Assembly (NCBI GenBank): GCA_040954595.2
Contig: CM082590.2
Location: 9,822,088 to 9,886,087, forward strand
Direction of reading: 5' to 3'
Length of the DNA: 64,000 nucleotides
Origin: Balanoglossus misakiensis
Lineage: Eukaryota; Animalia; Hemichordata
Below the pieces are notes generated by a model. That model saw only the letters and a list, made by a program, of their open reading frames with translations. It made no database searches and had not been told where the DNA came from. A program made the translations under genes and the position numbers. Below, in pieces: positions 28,471 to 41,050 of the stretch; within the stretch, counting starts at the first letter, position 1; each line of letters begins with the position of its first letter.

Positions 28471-28591
28471 AAAATGTAACAAGTGAAACTTTGATGAAAA
28501 GGATAAACTACATTTGTACTACAATGTAACAGAAATTACAAAAGCTTGGAGCTGGCGCGGCGCCAACTGGTTCCATCATTTGTTACATTTT
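28471..28591 (+). mobile_element. Short dispersed MITE-like repeat, copy 3
   Basis: AAAATGTAACAAGTGAAACT...GGCGCCAACTGGTTCCATCATTTGTTACATTTT. Confidence 0.6.
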
Positions 28592-31500
28592 GGTCTTTTT
28601 TGTCTCCCTCAGTGTTGCAACATCACTTCGCATTGGCCTCTTTCAAACAGCGAACTGCAACAAAGTTACATTTTTGGTATAGTTGCCTCGATTTTGTCAA
28701 ACAGTCGCCAGGTCCTATAACCACTAATATCCCCCGCGCCCTGCCTCGCGCCAACCAAGTTATAACCGACAACTCCAATGAGCGTATCAACTCACCCAGT
28801 CATGTGAATCGCCGAATAATAAAAATCATATATTTTTGGAGTCAACTTTCTAGTGCTGCGCCAATTAAATTAATTTAGCAGTAAATTAGCTCAGATGTTG
28901 CCATTTTGGCAGGTTTTTCTCCCCAAAATAGAACTCACAAAGCCTTCTGCGGTGTGGATTAATTTCATAATTTGAAAGAAAAGCTGTGTGCTTGAAAAAG
29001 CCACGAAATATTTGCCATCCGTAAGGTCTGCGTGCATGGCAGAAGTCTTTGTGGAGTGCTTTGACAAAAAGGGCCGTGTGTGTTTGAGTGTGCTTTGAGT
29101 CCATTCTGTTATTCGCGAGACCGACTGCTCTGACAAAGAGTTGAATGAAACGAGAAAAAAGAAACGTTTAAAGCGATCCCAGCCGTTCAACAGTACAACC
29201 ATATTGGGGTTGCGTTTCATTTGAACTTCAATGGCGGGAATTGTAAAACCCCAACCACATTTTGCGTGGCTGCGTTTGAAAGAAAGCCAGCCGACCAGAC
29301 GCGCGTCTCCCAACAGCCTGACGGCAGCTTCGCGCTCGTTCAGCAGGGCAACTTGTAATTTCTTGCCGTTATGAATTATTCACGCGCCGAGGCCCCTATT
29401 AGTATTCAATTTCTGCCAAAGTTGGTCAGCTCCATGAATTTTTGAGGCCGTGGACAATTCGTTTTCTGAGAAGAAGGGAACTTTTCATTTTCCGGTTTAA
29501 TTTGGTTTGGAGAGAAATCTGTTGGCCAATTGAGACTGGTAATCAGCGGAGAGCCATTTTCAGCCACATGAGATTGTTTTCAAGTAAATGTAATAGAATG
29601 ATGAAGTCATGAAGAGAATATCAAAATGGTAGCCAATCTTCCCGTTCCCGCCAATTTCGCGAAGAAATGTCATAGGCTGGTCAAAATTATTTCAAAACTA
29701 TTTCACATTTTTTGGAAAATTTAGAAAGTAAATACTGCCTATTTTACACGTGAAATAATTCTAAAGAAAATACAAACAATATCTACCTAAAATTAAAAAT
29801 GTTATCCTTCTATTGCCTGTCAACAAATCAGATAAATACGTCGAGAATAGTAGTAAATATTTCTGCAAAAGTGAGCAGCAAAGTTAACAGGTAATCTTCT
29901 GAAATCGGGTCAGAGCTCCCCAGAGCTTCGCCTTGGATGCTAGGCAATCTGTATGCAGAGTAACTATCGGTGTGTGTCGCATCTGAAACTAATACATCGA
30001 CACCGACCGGCAGTGTCGGCCATCTTGTCTCGATCACACCATGCCTGAACAATTTTTATGCAGTCTGGGCGGGAAAGTGAACGAGCGATGCTAATAAAGA
30101 TAATGGCGGGAATGAACGCGAGCGAACAGGTTATATTATCAATAATGAATAGTGTTGAACCAGTCAACTTTGTGTCGGACAAAAATACTACACAAAAGTT
30201 TCTGGTCTATTGTTTTTTTCCTCTACTTCTGTTATTTATCTATTTTCGTGTCGGTTTTGTGTCGAGTTTTATAAAGCACAGAGAATAACCATTAGTTAAA
30301 CCCTCGTAAGTGTTTGTACTGCTATCTACGCAATCTAAAAGATATCGGCGTTTGTAACACGGAACCACAGCCAATTTTCAATACTCACTATGCAAAATGC
30401 CTAATTTGCGTTCGCGTCAAATGTTGCCGAAAATCGTCGACATTCAGGACCCCGGCGGCGGACGATGAGGCAAAATTAAAGTCCACTTTCGACAATAGAT
30501 GCCCCACACTATTTACAATGAACGATGTTTTCTAGTTTATGCGCCGTGTATTTGTGCAGTCCCGGGTTTATTTTGGGAATGTTCAGCGCTTTGAGATACA
30601 CGCCTGTGTGGGGCCTGGAACCGTGCGTGCTCGATCCTTTGTCTAGGGAAACTACCACACATAAAACCCTTGCAAGTGTTGGACTCGCCCCTCACCAGGC
30701 TGCGGGCTGTCTGGCCTGGTATTTTGCTACTTGAAATCCTCCCAAACACATTCGCTTCACTTTGTTGTCGTCTTCAGACACCCTACAAAGACCTCTACAG
30801 TCACGACATTGTCCAAAATCACTCCGGTTAGTTGTGCCTTGCGCAGTAGAACAAATGATCATCTCAACCCGATCTCCGCGAAATATGTCATTGGAAGTTC
30901 ACGCAAACAGGCTTGTGACGTTTCAACCGGGCCTGTTCTCAATACCAAAGGAGTTTTTAAACGATTTTCCGTCTTTTATTCGGGCGTAATCGGCTCGTGT
31001 GTGGTCTGGAATAGCCCTTTGTAGAGCAGAACGAATAGGACAGAAAGCACAGAAATTGAGTTCGTCATTCAACTGCCCCGGCTTGTATGCGTACTTCTTT
31101 GACGCTCTGAAGGGGAAAATCTCGCGGTTACCCCCGTTGTAAATGTTTTGGACCGTCCGGAAAACAAGCCAACGCGTGGTGGCTCCAAAACACGTGAATT
31201 GTTGGTCCAAGTTTGACCAGAGCATCATTACATCCGGGGACAGGGACAAGTTTATAGAGCAGTTCCCTTGTGTTTAGAGAAGAACAACCGAGCATGGGAT
31301 GTATGTCAACAAATGCCAATTAAGCAGACGACATCAAAAACAGACGAAATTTAAATTTCGATCCACCTTATCTGTCGTCCATGAATAAATGAAACACATC
31401 ATGTTTAACTTGAAGACAAAAACTTCAATTTCAATTGTCTCACGCAGGCTAGATTCCTTCAATTAAGCCATCATACTTATGTCATTAAATATTATATTAT

Positions 31501-34500
31501 TAGTTTTTAATTAAAACACTGCCTAAGGCTAGGGTCTTTGTCTTCCTCGTTCACTTTATACATGTTGCTGTTTTAGTGTCCAAAAATATCCAACCAGGAC
31601 AACCAGTGCAGCCAACAGTGGCATTGGGGCCATGTTTACTCAATACAAGCTGCAAGGACAACAGTCTGCCTCTCAGAACCAAGTGTAAACGTCTCGCTGT
31701 TGTGAAGCTTTGTTCGGGCTATTTATCGAAAGTCTCGTGCACTGCAAGACGGTAAACACAGAATCTTTGCACAGCGGTCCGGTAATACCGTTAATCCTTA
31801 AAGCTAAGGTTGTCATTGAGAGTCGACTGTCGTAGTAGACTACCTCGCGGTTTATCAACACAATCTTTCGGAGTAAGCTATCGCGCACTGTTTGGCTTTT
31901 TAAAAACACAACAAGATGATGAGTGATTCTGTATCATACAGAATATTTACACTTTTCAATCACAGTTCGTATTTTGATCGAATATCGTCAAAAATCCGTG
32001 CGACTGTCTCTATCTGTAGAGGGCCTAAGTAATTTTGCAAGCTAACTAACACTAGTATTCCTCCTCATGAAGTATAAGAAGGTTAAGATATCCCTCTACA
32101 TGAAAGGTATAACTTTGGGTGTAGGGTGGTAGACGTGCATTATTATTGGGCCAAAATTGTCGTCTGTTGAAACACCACGTGCATGACGGGTCTAATTAAT
32201 TGAGAGCACAGTACAAGGTAACATATTCCTCAACGTGAAAGGTATGAATGTGAGATGTGGGATGGTAAACGGGTAATAGCTAGAATCAGTAACACGCTAT
32301 TGTGTTGGTCTTTTATCTTGCTTCTCTATTAGCTGCTATTGATACTGCGATACGCAAAGGGAAACATTTGCCTGCCTGAATACAGGCCGGCCATACGCTT
32401 CGACCATCTTGATCAATGTAGGCCCTATACATCCCCGAACGCTGTAGTATCGACGGCGCGAGACTAAACTAGCTGCCTGCACACACAAAGTGTTCGCTGG
32501 CGTGAATACTCCGCTGCGAAGCCCTCGATGTTGCAAAATTGCATGAAAATTTCCGTGTGATCGAAAAATGTATCCATTTAAAGCGCGGGAGAATTTCAGG
32601 CGACAGAACGATTTGAGGCGCGGACTTCACGCTGTGCGCGCGCTGTAATGCCTCAATCCACGTGTGCGTATCATTAGGACTAGGAGACGTATTTGTATGT
32701 TTTCGGCCATTTGTCACGAGCTGTCAGTTCGGGCTATATAAAGGTCAATCATTTCCCGGCATGGCTTGCTATTTTGTAATATGAGACCTGCAAATCTCGT
32801 ACAGTACACGCGAAATGTTACAGGCTACAAGATCTGGACAAGATACGTGAACCTTTTGGGTGGCAGACGACAATTTCTGCAAAAAATGTTGCCGCCGATT
32901 TCAATAATCTCACATTCTCTTGATCTACGGTATTTTAGGGTATTTGCCTGCAATTATTAAACTTGTTGTGTTTACGCTGTTAATTAATACATTAATGGTG
33001 ATGATCATTCTCTTCAGTAAATGAAAGTTATATTTTTTTCAGAGTGGTTCTGAACATATTTTGACATGATTTTTATCTGGTCGCCATGTTTAATATAGCG
33101 TGCAATTAAGCTGTGACTTCATACTTTGACTTAATTGTTGTGAAATTGAAACATTTTGGCTGTTTTAGAGTATTCCTTTACTGTATATTAAGACCTGGAA
33201 ATAATTCCTGGCATATTTTATGGCAATTTTTTGAATTTTTGAGAAATATGAAAAAGTAGTCCACTGTGTTGTCCAAATGTAATAAAAACATCATTGTTGA
33301 CAATGAGTGATCTGCAAACTGCCCATTGTTTTCTGAGGGGGGATTCTGCTCAATAATCTTTCACTCTGTCAACGAGGGGTGACAAATATGTCTTAATTAC
33401 GTCACTTTCGTGGCAACAAATCGGCCCTACACGCACAGTTCGCTCGACAAGACAGAACTTTCCCCGAACAAATTCATCCGGCAGCGCCGTGCCGTCTATG
33501 CATTAAAATTGACAACAATGGCGACATAGGAGTGGCAAACAAGATGATTTTTACTGCATCGCTCTACAACATGGCGCGGTATTCTGAAGAGAACTATCGC
33601 GCCAAAATGACTGCAATTTTCAAACTGTGGTTCCAGACCAGCCTTTCCCAATACCACCAAACCACCACCAACACAAAACTCGCCATCAGCTACCTATAGT
33701 TATCATGAAATGACAATACAATCCTCCAAGCCCCATAATTATAATCCAACGCGAAATCAAGTAATCGGTATCACAATTTCTAAGTACATAAACAACTGCA
33801 ATACATTTTACAACCTACAAACGAATAATGTGGACAGAATTTAAACAAACGACACTCCCGCAAGGGCGGGTCGAGTATTTTTATCCCGTTGTTCTAAATC
33901 GAGCCCGTGTTGCTTTTGTGCTGGTACAACTATACCTTCCAAAATTTAAATTGTAATAAATGAATATTTATGGTAAAATGTAAGGTATACATCCGAAGCG
34001 GGTCATGCTGGAAATATTTTATGATCCCTTATATTATTCGGTCATTGCTGGCTTACAATGACGCTCGCCTGGTCTCAAGACAAGAGACTTGACAAAATGC
34101 TGTGTCCACATGTCCCGGACAGTGTACCTGGTTGTTCAATTCAATGTTTCGCTCGCCATGACCTTACAGTAACACTGATAAATTTATGTCTGCATATTGC
34201 ACAGTGCTCTGGGACATATGGGATACAGTTTTTGCTAAGTAAATGTGTGTAATGTGTTTTCCTTTCGCGGGTCCCGAGGAAAACGGTTCCATGATTAATG
34301 GCATTGTTTTAAATCGATTCTCTTTTGGAGAGAATAATGGTAGGCATTTTGTAGTCGTTGGCGTGACGGTCACAAGTTTCGCGAATGTCTGAATGTAGTC
34401 AGGGCATTCATTGTTTTAGGCACTTTCTAGCTAGCGTTTAACAATAGCCCTAAAAGTTCTGAGTGAATTTGCAGTGACCCGAAAAAAGGCGAGACCACAT

Positions 34501-36522
34501 ACAGGTCTGTGTAAGGTATGTGGTCGTCAATTCAAAGATGGCGCCTTGACACCTTTGGTGACAGTACACTAGAGTCATATTTTAGGATCTGCAAAAAAAT
34601 CTTAAAGTCTCCCCCCTTTTTTAAGTTGAAAAATTAAATAACCATACAGGCTGTGACAGTACGAAGTGTTTATCAAAACAGACGCAGCGTAGAACTGAAA
34701 ATATCCAGACTTGGATAGAACATGCGCGAAGTTTGAAGTCTATGTACAAGACGCTCTCGCTACCGAGTTTTATTTATCGTCAGGAAGATTAATCAAGATT
34801 TACGAGTCTTAACGAGCTCGGGATTCATTTTTCAGCCGTTATTTGTATTTGGAACGCCCTTGTGGTGTTAAAACGCGATAAAATGAAATAGCGACTAATC
34901 GTGAAGCGATGATGTTTTTTTGTAGTTAGTGAATTGACAAGCGTGTCGTTTTTCTATGCTTTATTCAAGCAGTCTCCTCGCCGAGGATTTTCTCTCAGGC
35001 TCGGGTACGACGTGCGCGCTCACCGGGAGTTTGAGGTTGTGACAGATTCTAGAGAATGGGTTGTCAGCGAGAGGACCTTAATTGCAGGTAGAAATCTACT
35101 AATATCTAGATAATCTTATGTCGACAAGCCTGCTGATCCTTCCCCTGGTCGTTTGAAAGCATATCTGAGTAATCCCCTGAGGAGACGGGGGCCACTTTCT
35201 TTCCTGAGCGGCGACATATATTTTTTAAATGTCACCAATGCCCTCGCGAAATCGCAGCTCTAGATCGCAAGGTGTTTTTATTTTATCGTTTCAGTCCTGC
35301 TCCTTGCGGAAAATATCTAAATTTAACAGAGGAACCCCCAGAACCTGTGAGAATCGTATTTCGACGTAAACCGTCTGCAAACTAGAATCTTTAAGTAGGA
35401 ACTGACCTGTGTTCAAGTTGGTTAAGTGTGCACGAATCTCATCCAACGGTCACTTGTATTTTTTCCTTTTTTCTTTCAGACTTCCAACGGGTATCCTAAC
35501 CGGGTTACTTCTGAAATCTCGCGCACATTTCGCGCCCGGATTGTCCAGCAGTCGGAGGGGAATCCTGGAAAGAACGACAAAAAGTGCAACAAAAAAGATG
35601 GCGAGAGAAAGAAAAATTTCGCGCGGCGGACTTTTTGATGTTGAAAATGGATAGTGATTGATGGGGACGGCTGGCAGAGTGGGTTGGCAAGAATTGATAA
35701 ACAACGTACAAACCGAGGATAGCTACCTTTGACCTAGAATGCTGTAAACACCGATGTTTTGCATTACAACCGTGGAAAGATCTGCAAGTGTCGATCTGTT
35801 TGAGAGGCATTTCCTCATCGACATTTTTTTTCTTTTCTGGATTCAACTCACAGTCAAATTTCACGGCTGCGTGTGTTCTGAGGGCCGGTGCCTCTGGCAG
35901 CTAGCGTCGGAGAAATTGCATTTGGGAATGACAGCGAACTCGTTGGATTGTGACCCGAGGACTTTGTTCGAAGGAAAATCCTGGCGAGAGATGTTTTACT
36001 AGGCTTGTTTGCAACGGGATTTTGCTTTTCTGCAGAACCACGAAACCGCTCCTCTCCAAACTACAATCTACGAACGCGACCCGGAGGAATATTCTGTAAC
36101 AAGGCGCGATGTACTCGTCTGATAAACACAAACTCTTCATTTCAGTGACAACAATAAACTCATCGAATCGTACAAAAACTATGTCCAGTGTTTATTTTGT
36201 TGCTTGTTTTCACCTCATACGTTTTTTTGTTATTTTTGTACCTGCATTGAATCCTAAATTTTCGAACAGAACCCAAAGACGCAAAATGGCTTGACTCGCG
36301 ACAGCGTGTTAGAATCGGACCTTCGCTTTGTTTATGGAAATAAAAACGGCTTTCAAAATTCACAGATTTCGTTTTGTGTGATTTTTTTGTTTGTACATGC
36401 AATCGGGTAGACACGTTTTGTATCGCCTGTCTTCTGCCTGGCGTGTTTTATTCATGCTTATCACTGTAAACAAGCTTTGATAGATCTATGACGCGAAGCT
36501 TCTCTCTTTGACATCTGTGTTG

Positions 36523-36728
36523 AGAGAGAGAGAGAGAGAGCGACAGAGAGAGAAGAGAAGGGAGAGGGAGAGAGGGGGCAGACAGAGAGTCAGAGGGAGA
36601 AGAGAAGGAGTGAGAGGGACAGACAGAGAGACAGAGGCAGAGATAGAAAAGAGAGAGGGGAGTCGTGAGACAGAGAGAAAGGGAGAGAGAGACATAGAGA
36701 GGGAGACACACAGAGACAAAGAGAGAGA
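36523..36728. repeat. GA-rich polypurine low-complexity tract
   Basis: About 200 bp of (GA)n/GACA/GGA. Confidence 0.95.
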
Positions 36729-37719
36729 TGCACTTACAACTTATTTGCACAAATTGTTTTCAAAACCATGACATAAAATATTAAGATACAATGGAAACCT
36801 GGCGGTCAGAATTGCTGTTGCTTTACAACGTGCCCTCAGCACATGAATTGTAAATAACCATCTATATACGATGGTGAGAAAGAATCACTGCCCGCCAAAC
36901 ACATTTCTTCTAGCGTACACACAGTGCTCGAATTTGCTGCGCTTCACAAACAATACAACATGGTGGGCAACAAACAGACGACGCTGTGATTATTCTAGTG
37001 GCATTTTTCCCGATGTGGGAGGCAGCCCAGATGATGCCAGGTTTTTGGTCACGGTTGTTCAGATTTCGTTCGTGAACGTTTCTGTTGACATAGGTTTTTG
37101 TACAGCGTTGACAACAGCTTGCTCGGGAATACAATACATATCCCCTATTTAGGCGCCAAATCTACCAATTGCCATTAAATATAAGATATCCACTAATACT
37201 ACGAATTGACCCTCCCCTCGCCCCTGTTTTTAGGACGGAATCAAAGATTTTCTCGTCAGCTAGAATCGACAGAAACTCGATTCTGATACCTGCGTGATTT
37301 TTTCTCTAAATATAAATCACACTGATCCATTCAGATTACAACATCTTACATGCAATATTTGTACTGAATGTCCAGGCTAAATTTAGACTACATTTCAGCT
37401 GATGTCGATTAATCATATCTCCTTGGCAACCTGTGAATGCTGACTGAAAAATGGTTCCAAAAATACTCCATCCGGCTGGACCCTTCTTTTGTATGGAGTA
37501 CAACTCCACCAAAAGCTACACACAGTTCCCTAGTGAACGATAAACCGACCCAGTTCAACCTGTATTAGACAGGTAGAACTTGGTTGTGTTTTTAGAGCGA
37601 TACTGTAACTCCCTGGCGATTTTTGCTGTAACTTTCTGAGAATCATTCTGTCATTCGCGAGACAGCCGCATCGACAGAACAAATCTCCAGAATTTACAAG
37701 TCATCGGTTGAATTTTTAT

Positions 37720-37810
37720 GACATTTTGACTCCAAAATGCAGACGACATTTTGACTCCAAAATGCAGACGACAATTTTGACTCCAAAACGCAGACGACAA
37801 TTTTTGGTCC
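37720..37810. repeat. 25-26-bp tandem repeat, ~3.5 copies
   Basis: Unit ATTTTGACTCCAAAATGCAGACGAC. Confidence 0.92.
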
Positions 37811-37924
37811 ATGTCTAACATTACATTCGCGCGCCGTTGCTGTTGGTTACAAACTAACTCACAGCAAACACAAAAATACACTTTTAGAAAACAATTTTCT
37901 CGTTATAAGCTTATATATCTTCAC

Positions 37925-37930
37925 TTTATT
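37925..37930 (-). terminator. Candidate polyadenylation signal for Hox1
   Basis: First AATAAA seen on the minus strand downstream of the Hox1 stop (~670 nt). Confidence 0.45.
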
Positions 37931-38598
37931 TTATGTTAAATTCTTCCATACAACCAAACAGAAAACTGACCAACATGAGACGGCTGGATGAATTTGGACT
38001 CAATATTAAACCTCCACGTGACACGAACAAAATATACACACGAAAACTGAGTGAAAAGACGATGAAAATATACACAGGATCTGCGTACAATTGCTTGTAG
38101 TCTCATGCAGAAAATGCGATCACTGAATAATTATTCTCATGATTTCCTTTCATAATAAATAGAAGTATCTTGCAAATTGAGCTGTGCAGACGAGACTTGT
38201 CAGCCAAGCTGATGTGAACCTAAATAGTGCATCTAAACTGTAAAAATAGCTTCAGACCCTGTTATTCCATGTAAAGCATAGAAAATAAGTAATTTGTGGT
38301 GGATTTTTGTTTGGAAAAAAACGCGTCGAGTTGTGAAGTGTGCCAGAAGAGTGGTGAGATCCCAGTGAACAGAAAAGAGGTTCCTACCCTTCCACTATCG
38401 CTGGTAAATAAACGCCATGTTGATTGTGTACGATGGTCGATGCTCTGTAGCTGCGGCTCGCCCTGACAACGATCAAATATGTACATGAACGACCAGTCTT
38501 GCCTTCCAAATAACTTAATCAAAATCGAATTTGAAAGAGGAAACGGTAAACAAAATGGAAACTTTGTTTTTGAGACGAGGCACTGTGGATGGTAATAC

Positions 38599-40892
38599 CT
38601 ATGTCGGACATGACGCGATTGATACAATGTCAGTGTTTTTGGCGCCGAGCATACTGGCTAGTCCTTGCCCGATTGTGGGCTCCTTGTATCTCTTTTTCTG
38701 CTTCATGCGTCGATTTTGGAACCAGATTTTCACTTGCGTTTCGTTGAGACCCAGCATGGCAGCGATCTCCACTCGTCGTGCCCGCGTCAGGTATTTGTTA
38801 AAATGGAACTCTTTCTCCAATTCTGTCAACTGTTTGTTTGTGAAATTCGTCCTGCCGTTGTTGGGTGAACCCGTGAAGCCATACTCGCCACTCTTCCCTG
38901 TTTGGGAAAATCAAGAGAGAAAGAGAAGAAAAAGACGTTATGAACTGTGTTGTGCAATCAAGGGAAGCCAAAATGAGTCAAAATTATCGGTCTTGGAGGA
39001 CTCGAACAAGCGGAGGATTCAACGTTCAGGTGAGAGTGAACGACAACTTCTGAGGCGGGAGACCATTATCACAAATTGTCGTCTGTTTGAACACAGCCGC
39101 TCGTATCTGCACACTCGCTGACACGTTCACAAGGTCATGTGTCAACATTTATCAAAAATATCAATGTCAGGGGATAAAAATAAATTTATGCCCATGATCG
39201 AGCTCAGTGCGCGTTGAATGACCTCGCAACCGAGCGAGCCTCGATAGTTTTCAATGTAGCATGTCTGCATGCAGAGCTCAACGGGCAAGACCTGGGTCTG
39301 ACAACCAGAATGAACACATGTGTGTCTCTCTTGTCGGAAACACACAATACCCTTAAACAGATCACTCAAAAAACATGTGGAAATTTGCCTTAATCTGCAC
39401 TCAATCAGATTTGTCGCCACACATTGGTATAATACTTTAAACAAACCACTGAAATGCCGAAAACCTAGCAATACGAATGCACAGGCAGTCTAGTTTTTCC
39501 CTTTCTAAACTTCCCCTTACTTCACAAGAAATCTCGGATTCAGGCCGGTGCGTTTTTTTACACCCCGGTTCCCTTCAAATTAATCAGTCGGACAATTGAG
39601 TTGTTTAGAAGATACATCAAACAAAAATGAGGAAAGAATAAGTTTTCCAAACGTAGATTTATGGGTTAAAAATTATCCCCCAACTTAAAATGCATACGTA
39701 ACATATGCAGTTAATAGAACATCAATCGACCTTACGAACACGGATGACTCAAGATGGCCGTACTTCATGCTATCGTCTGCTCGTTAAGATTAATTTGCCC
39801 CCTTTCGTTAATAACAACAAAATTGCGTTAAATGTTGACACAGCAATGTCAACATAATATCGATAAGTAATTTTCCCACTAAATTAGCTAAAACTACAGA
39901 TTTTTTTCTTCAGATTTTTCGAAAAATAGGAGTTTGTGAAATGTGTCAATTTGGAATGAAGTATGATACGTCACAAAGGTTAAACAAGAAATATTGCCTT
40001 CTTTGATCAATGGCGTTGTAACACCTTAAGAGAAGGCGATTTAACTCTCTTTTTCACGGCCTTCAGTAAATACAATCGAATTTATCACCATACGTCGTAA
40101 ATTAGACCGGTGTTAAAATTATGTACAAGTTCCTGAACCCGGGAGATTCAAATGGGCGTAGTGATTTGACAGAAGAAAACATTATGTACCAGTTTTTGGT
40201 GGATTTCGTTTCACTTTCATCCAGTTATATACTGTCGTTTCCCCCGTTGATTTTTGGTCGTCACATTCTTTGTCGCTTTGGTTCATGTGAGCGTTGTCTG
40301 GGCTTTCTTCGGCAGTGCTGTGGTTTACATTTTCCAGAGGGTGGTGGTGATGGTGTGGAGGTTGTTGTTGTTGATGTTGGTGGTGGTGATGATGTTGCTG
40401 TTCGTGGTTGTGATGGTGGTGGTGGTGATGGTGGTGATTCGTGTAATGTCCCGAGCTGCTGCTGTTGCTGCTGTACGACGTGAGCGAGGTAGCCGTGCCA
40501 CACTGCGGCTCCAGGTAACCGCCCCTGTTAATCGCAGCCGCGGCCGCCGAACTGTAGTGATTCTGGTTGTAATACATAGAGTCTGTGAAACTGTACGCGT
40601 TGGCGGCCGCGCCGATTTGTGGCGTCGCCGGTGAGTTACTGTACATAGCCGCCGTCCCGGCGACGGTCGAATCGTGCGGGTGGCCGTACGAGTTCATCGT
40701 CGATCGTGAGTTCACCGCAGACAACATTCGCCCGTCCACACTCTCAGTAGAGGAAACTCCGTAGGATTGTTGATAGTGCACTGCGGACGGATTCACCGGG
40801 ACTTCGGCGGGATAATTCATACTTCGGACGCCCGGATACATGCTTGAATCACCTCCATAATCGACGTAAGAACCCATTTTCGAAGTGTCCAT
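38599..40892 (-). CDS. Hox1: Hox paralog group 1 (labial) homeodomain transcription factor, 333 aa, 2 exons
   Basis: Exon 1 is 40892-40190 (ends ...PPKT G|gtacat) and exon 2 is 38897-38599 (ttttcccaaacag|GG). The intron is phase 1. Hexapeptide [15 protein letters not shown]. Homeodomain [59 protein letters not shown] is diagnostic of PG1. Confidence 0.98.
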
Positions 40893-41012
40893 TACGTTTC
40901 TGTCAGATATGGGTCGTAATTTTGAAATATGCGTTCACGCTGTCTGCCGGCGATGATAAATAGGGGACGACTAGATCGCGGGCTCCCCTTCACACACTCT
41001 GACACCGATATG

Positions 41013-41050
41013 CTTATTTTCCACCCCACGTGACCAATATCCACCAATCA
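41013..41050 (-). promoter_or_regulatory. Putative Hox1 proximal promoter: two CCAAT boxes plus an E-box
   Basis: Minus strand reads TGATTGGTGGATATTGGTCACGTGGGG...AAAATAAG, 120-160 bp upstream of the ATG. Confidence 0.6.

Noticed and set aside
27453-31319. Overlapping 60-140 aa ORFs near 27.5-28 kb and 30.5-31.3 kb (e.g. 30923-31249 minus)
   Set aside because: No recognisable domain and no coherent splice structure. They could be decayed transposon sequence, which tblastx would settle.
38291-38298. AATTTGTG matching the miR-10 3' end near the Hox1 seed site
   Set aside because: It is ~20 nt out of register for supplementary pairing. There is also no hairpin, so this is not a miR-10 gene.
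38531-39121. 196-aa plus-strand ORF over the Hox1 homeobox (likewise antisense and alternative-frame ORFs over Hox1 exon 1 and Hox2)
   Set aside because: Typical antisense shadow of homeobox codon usage.
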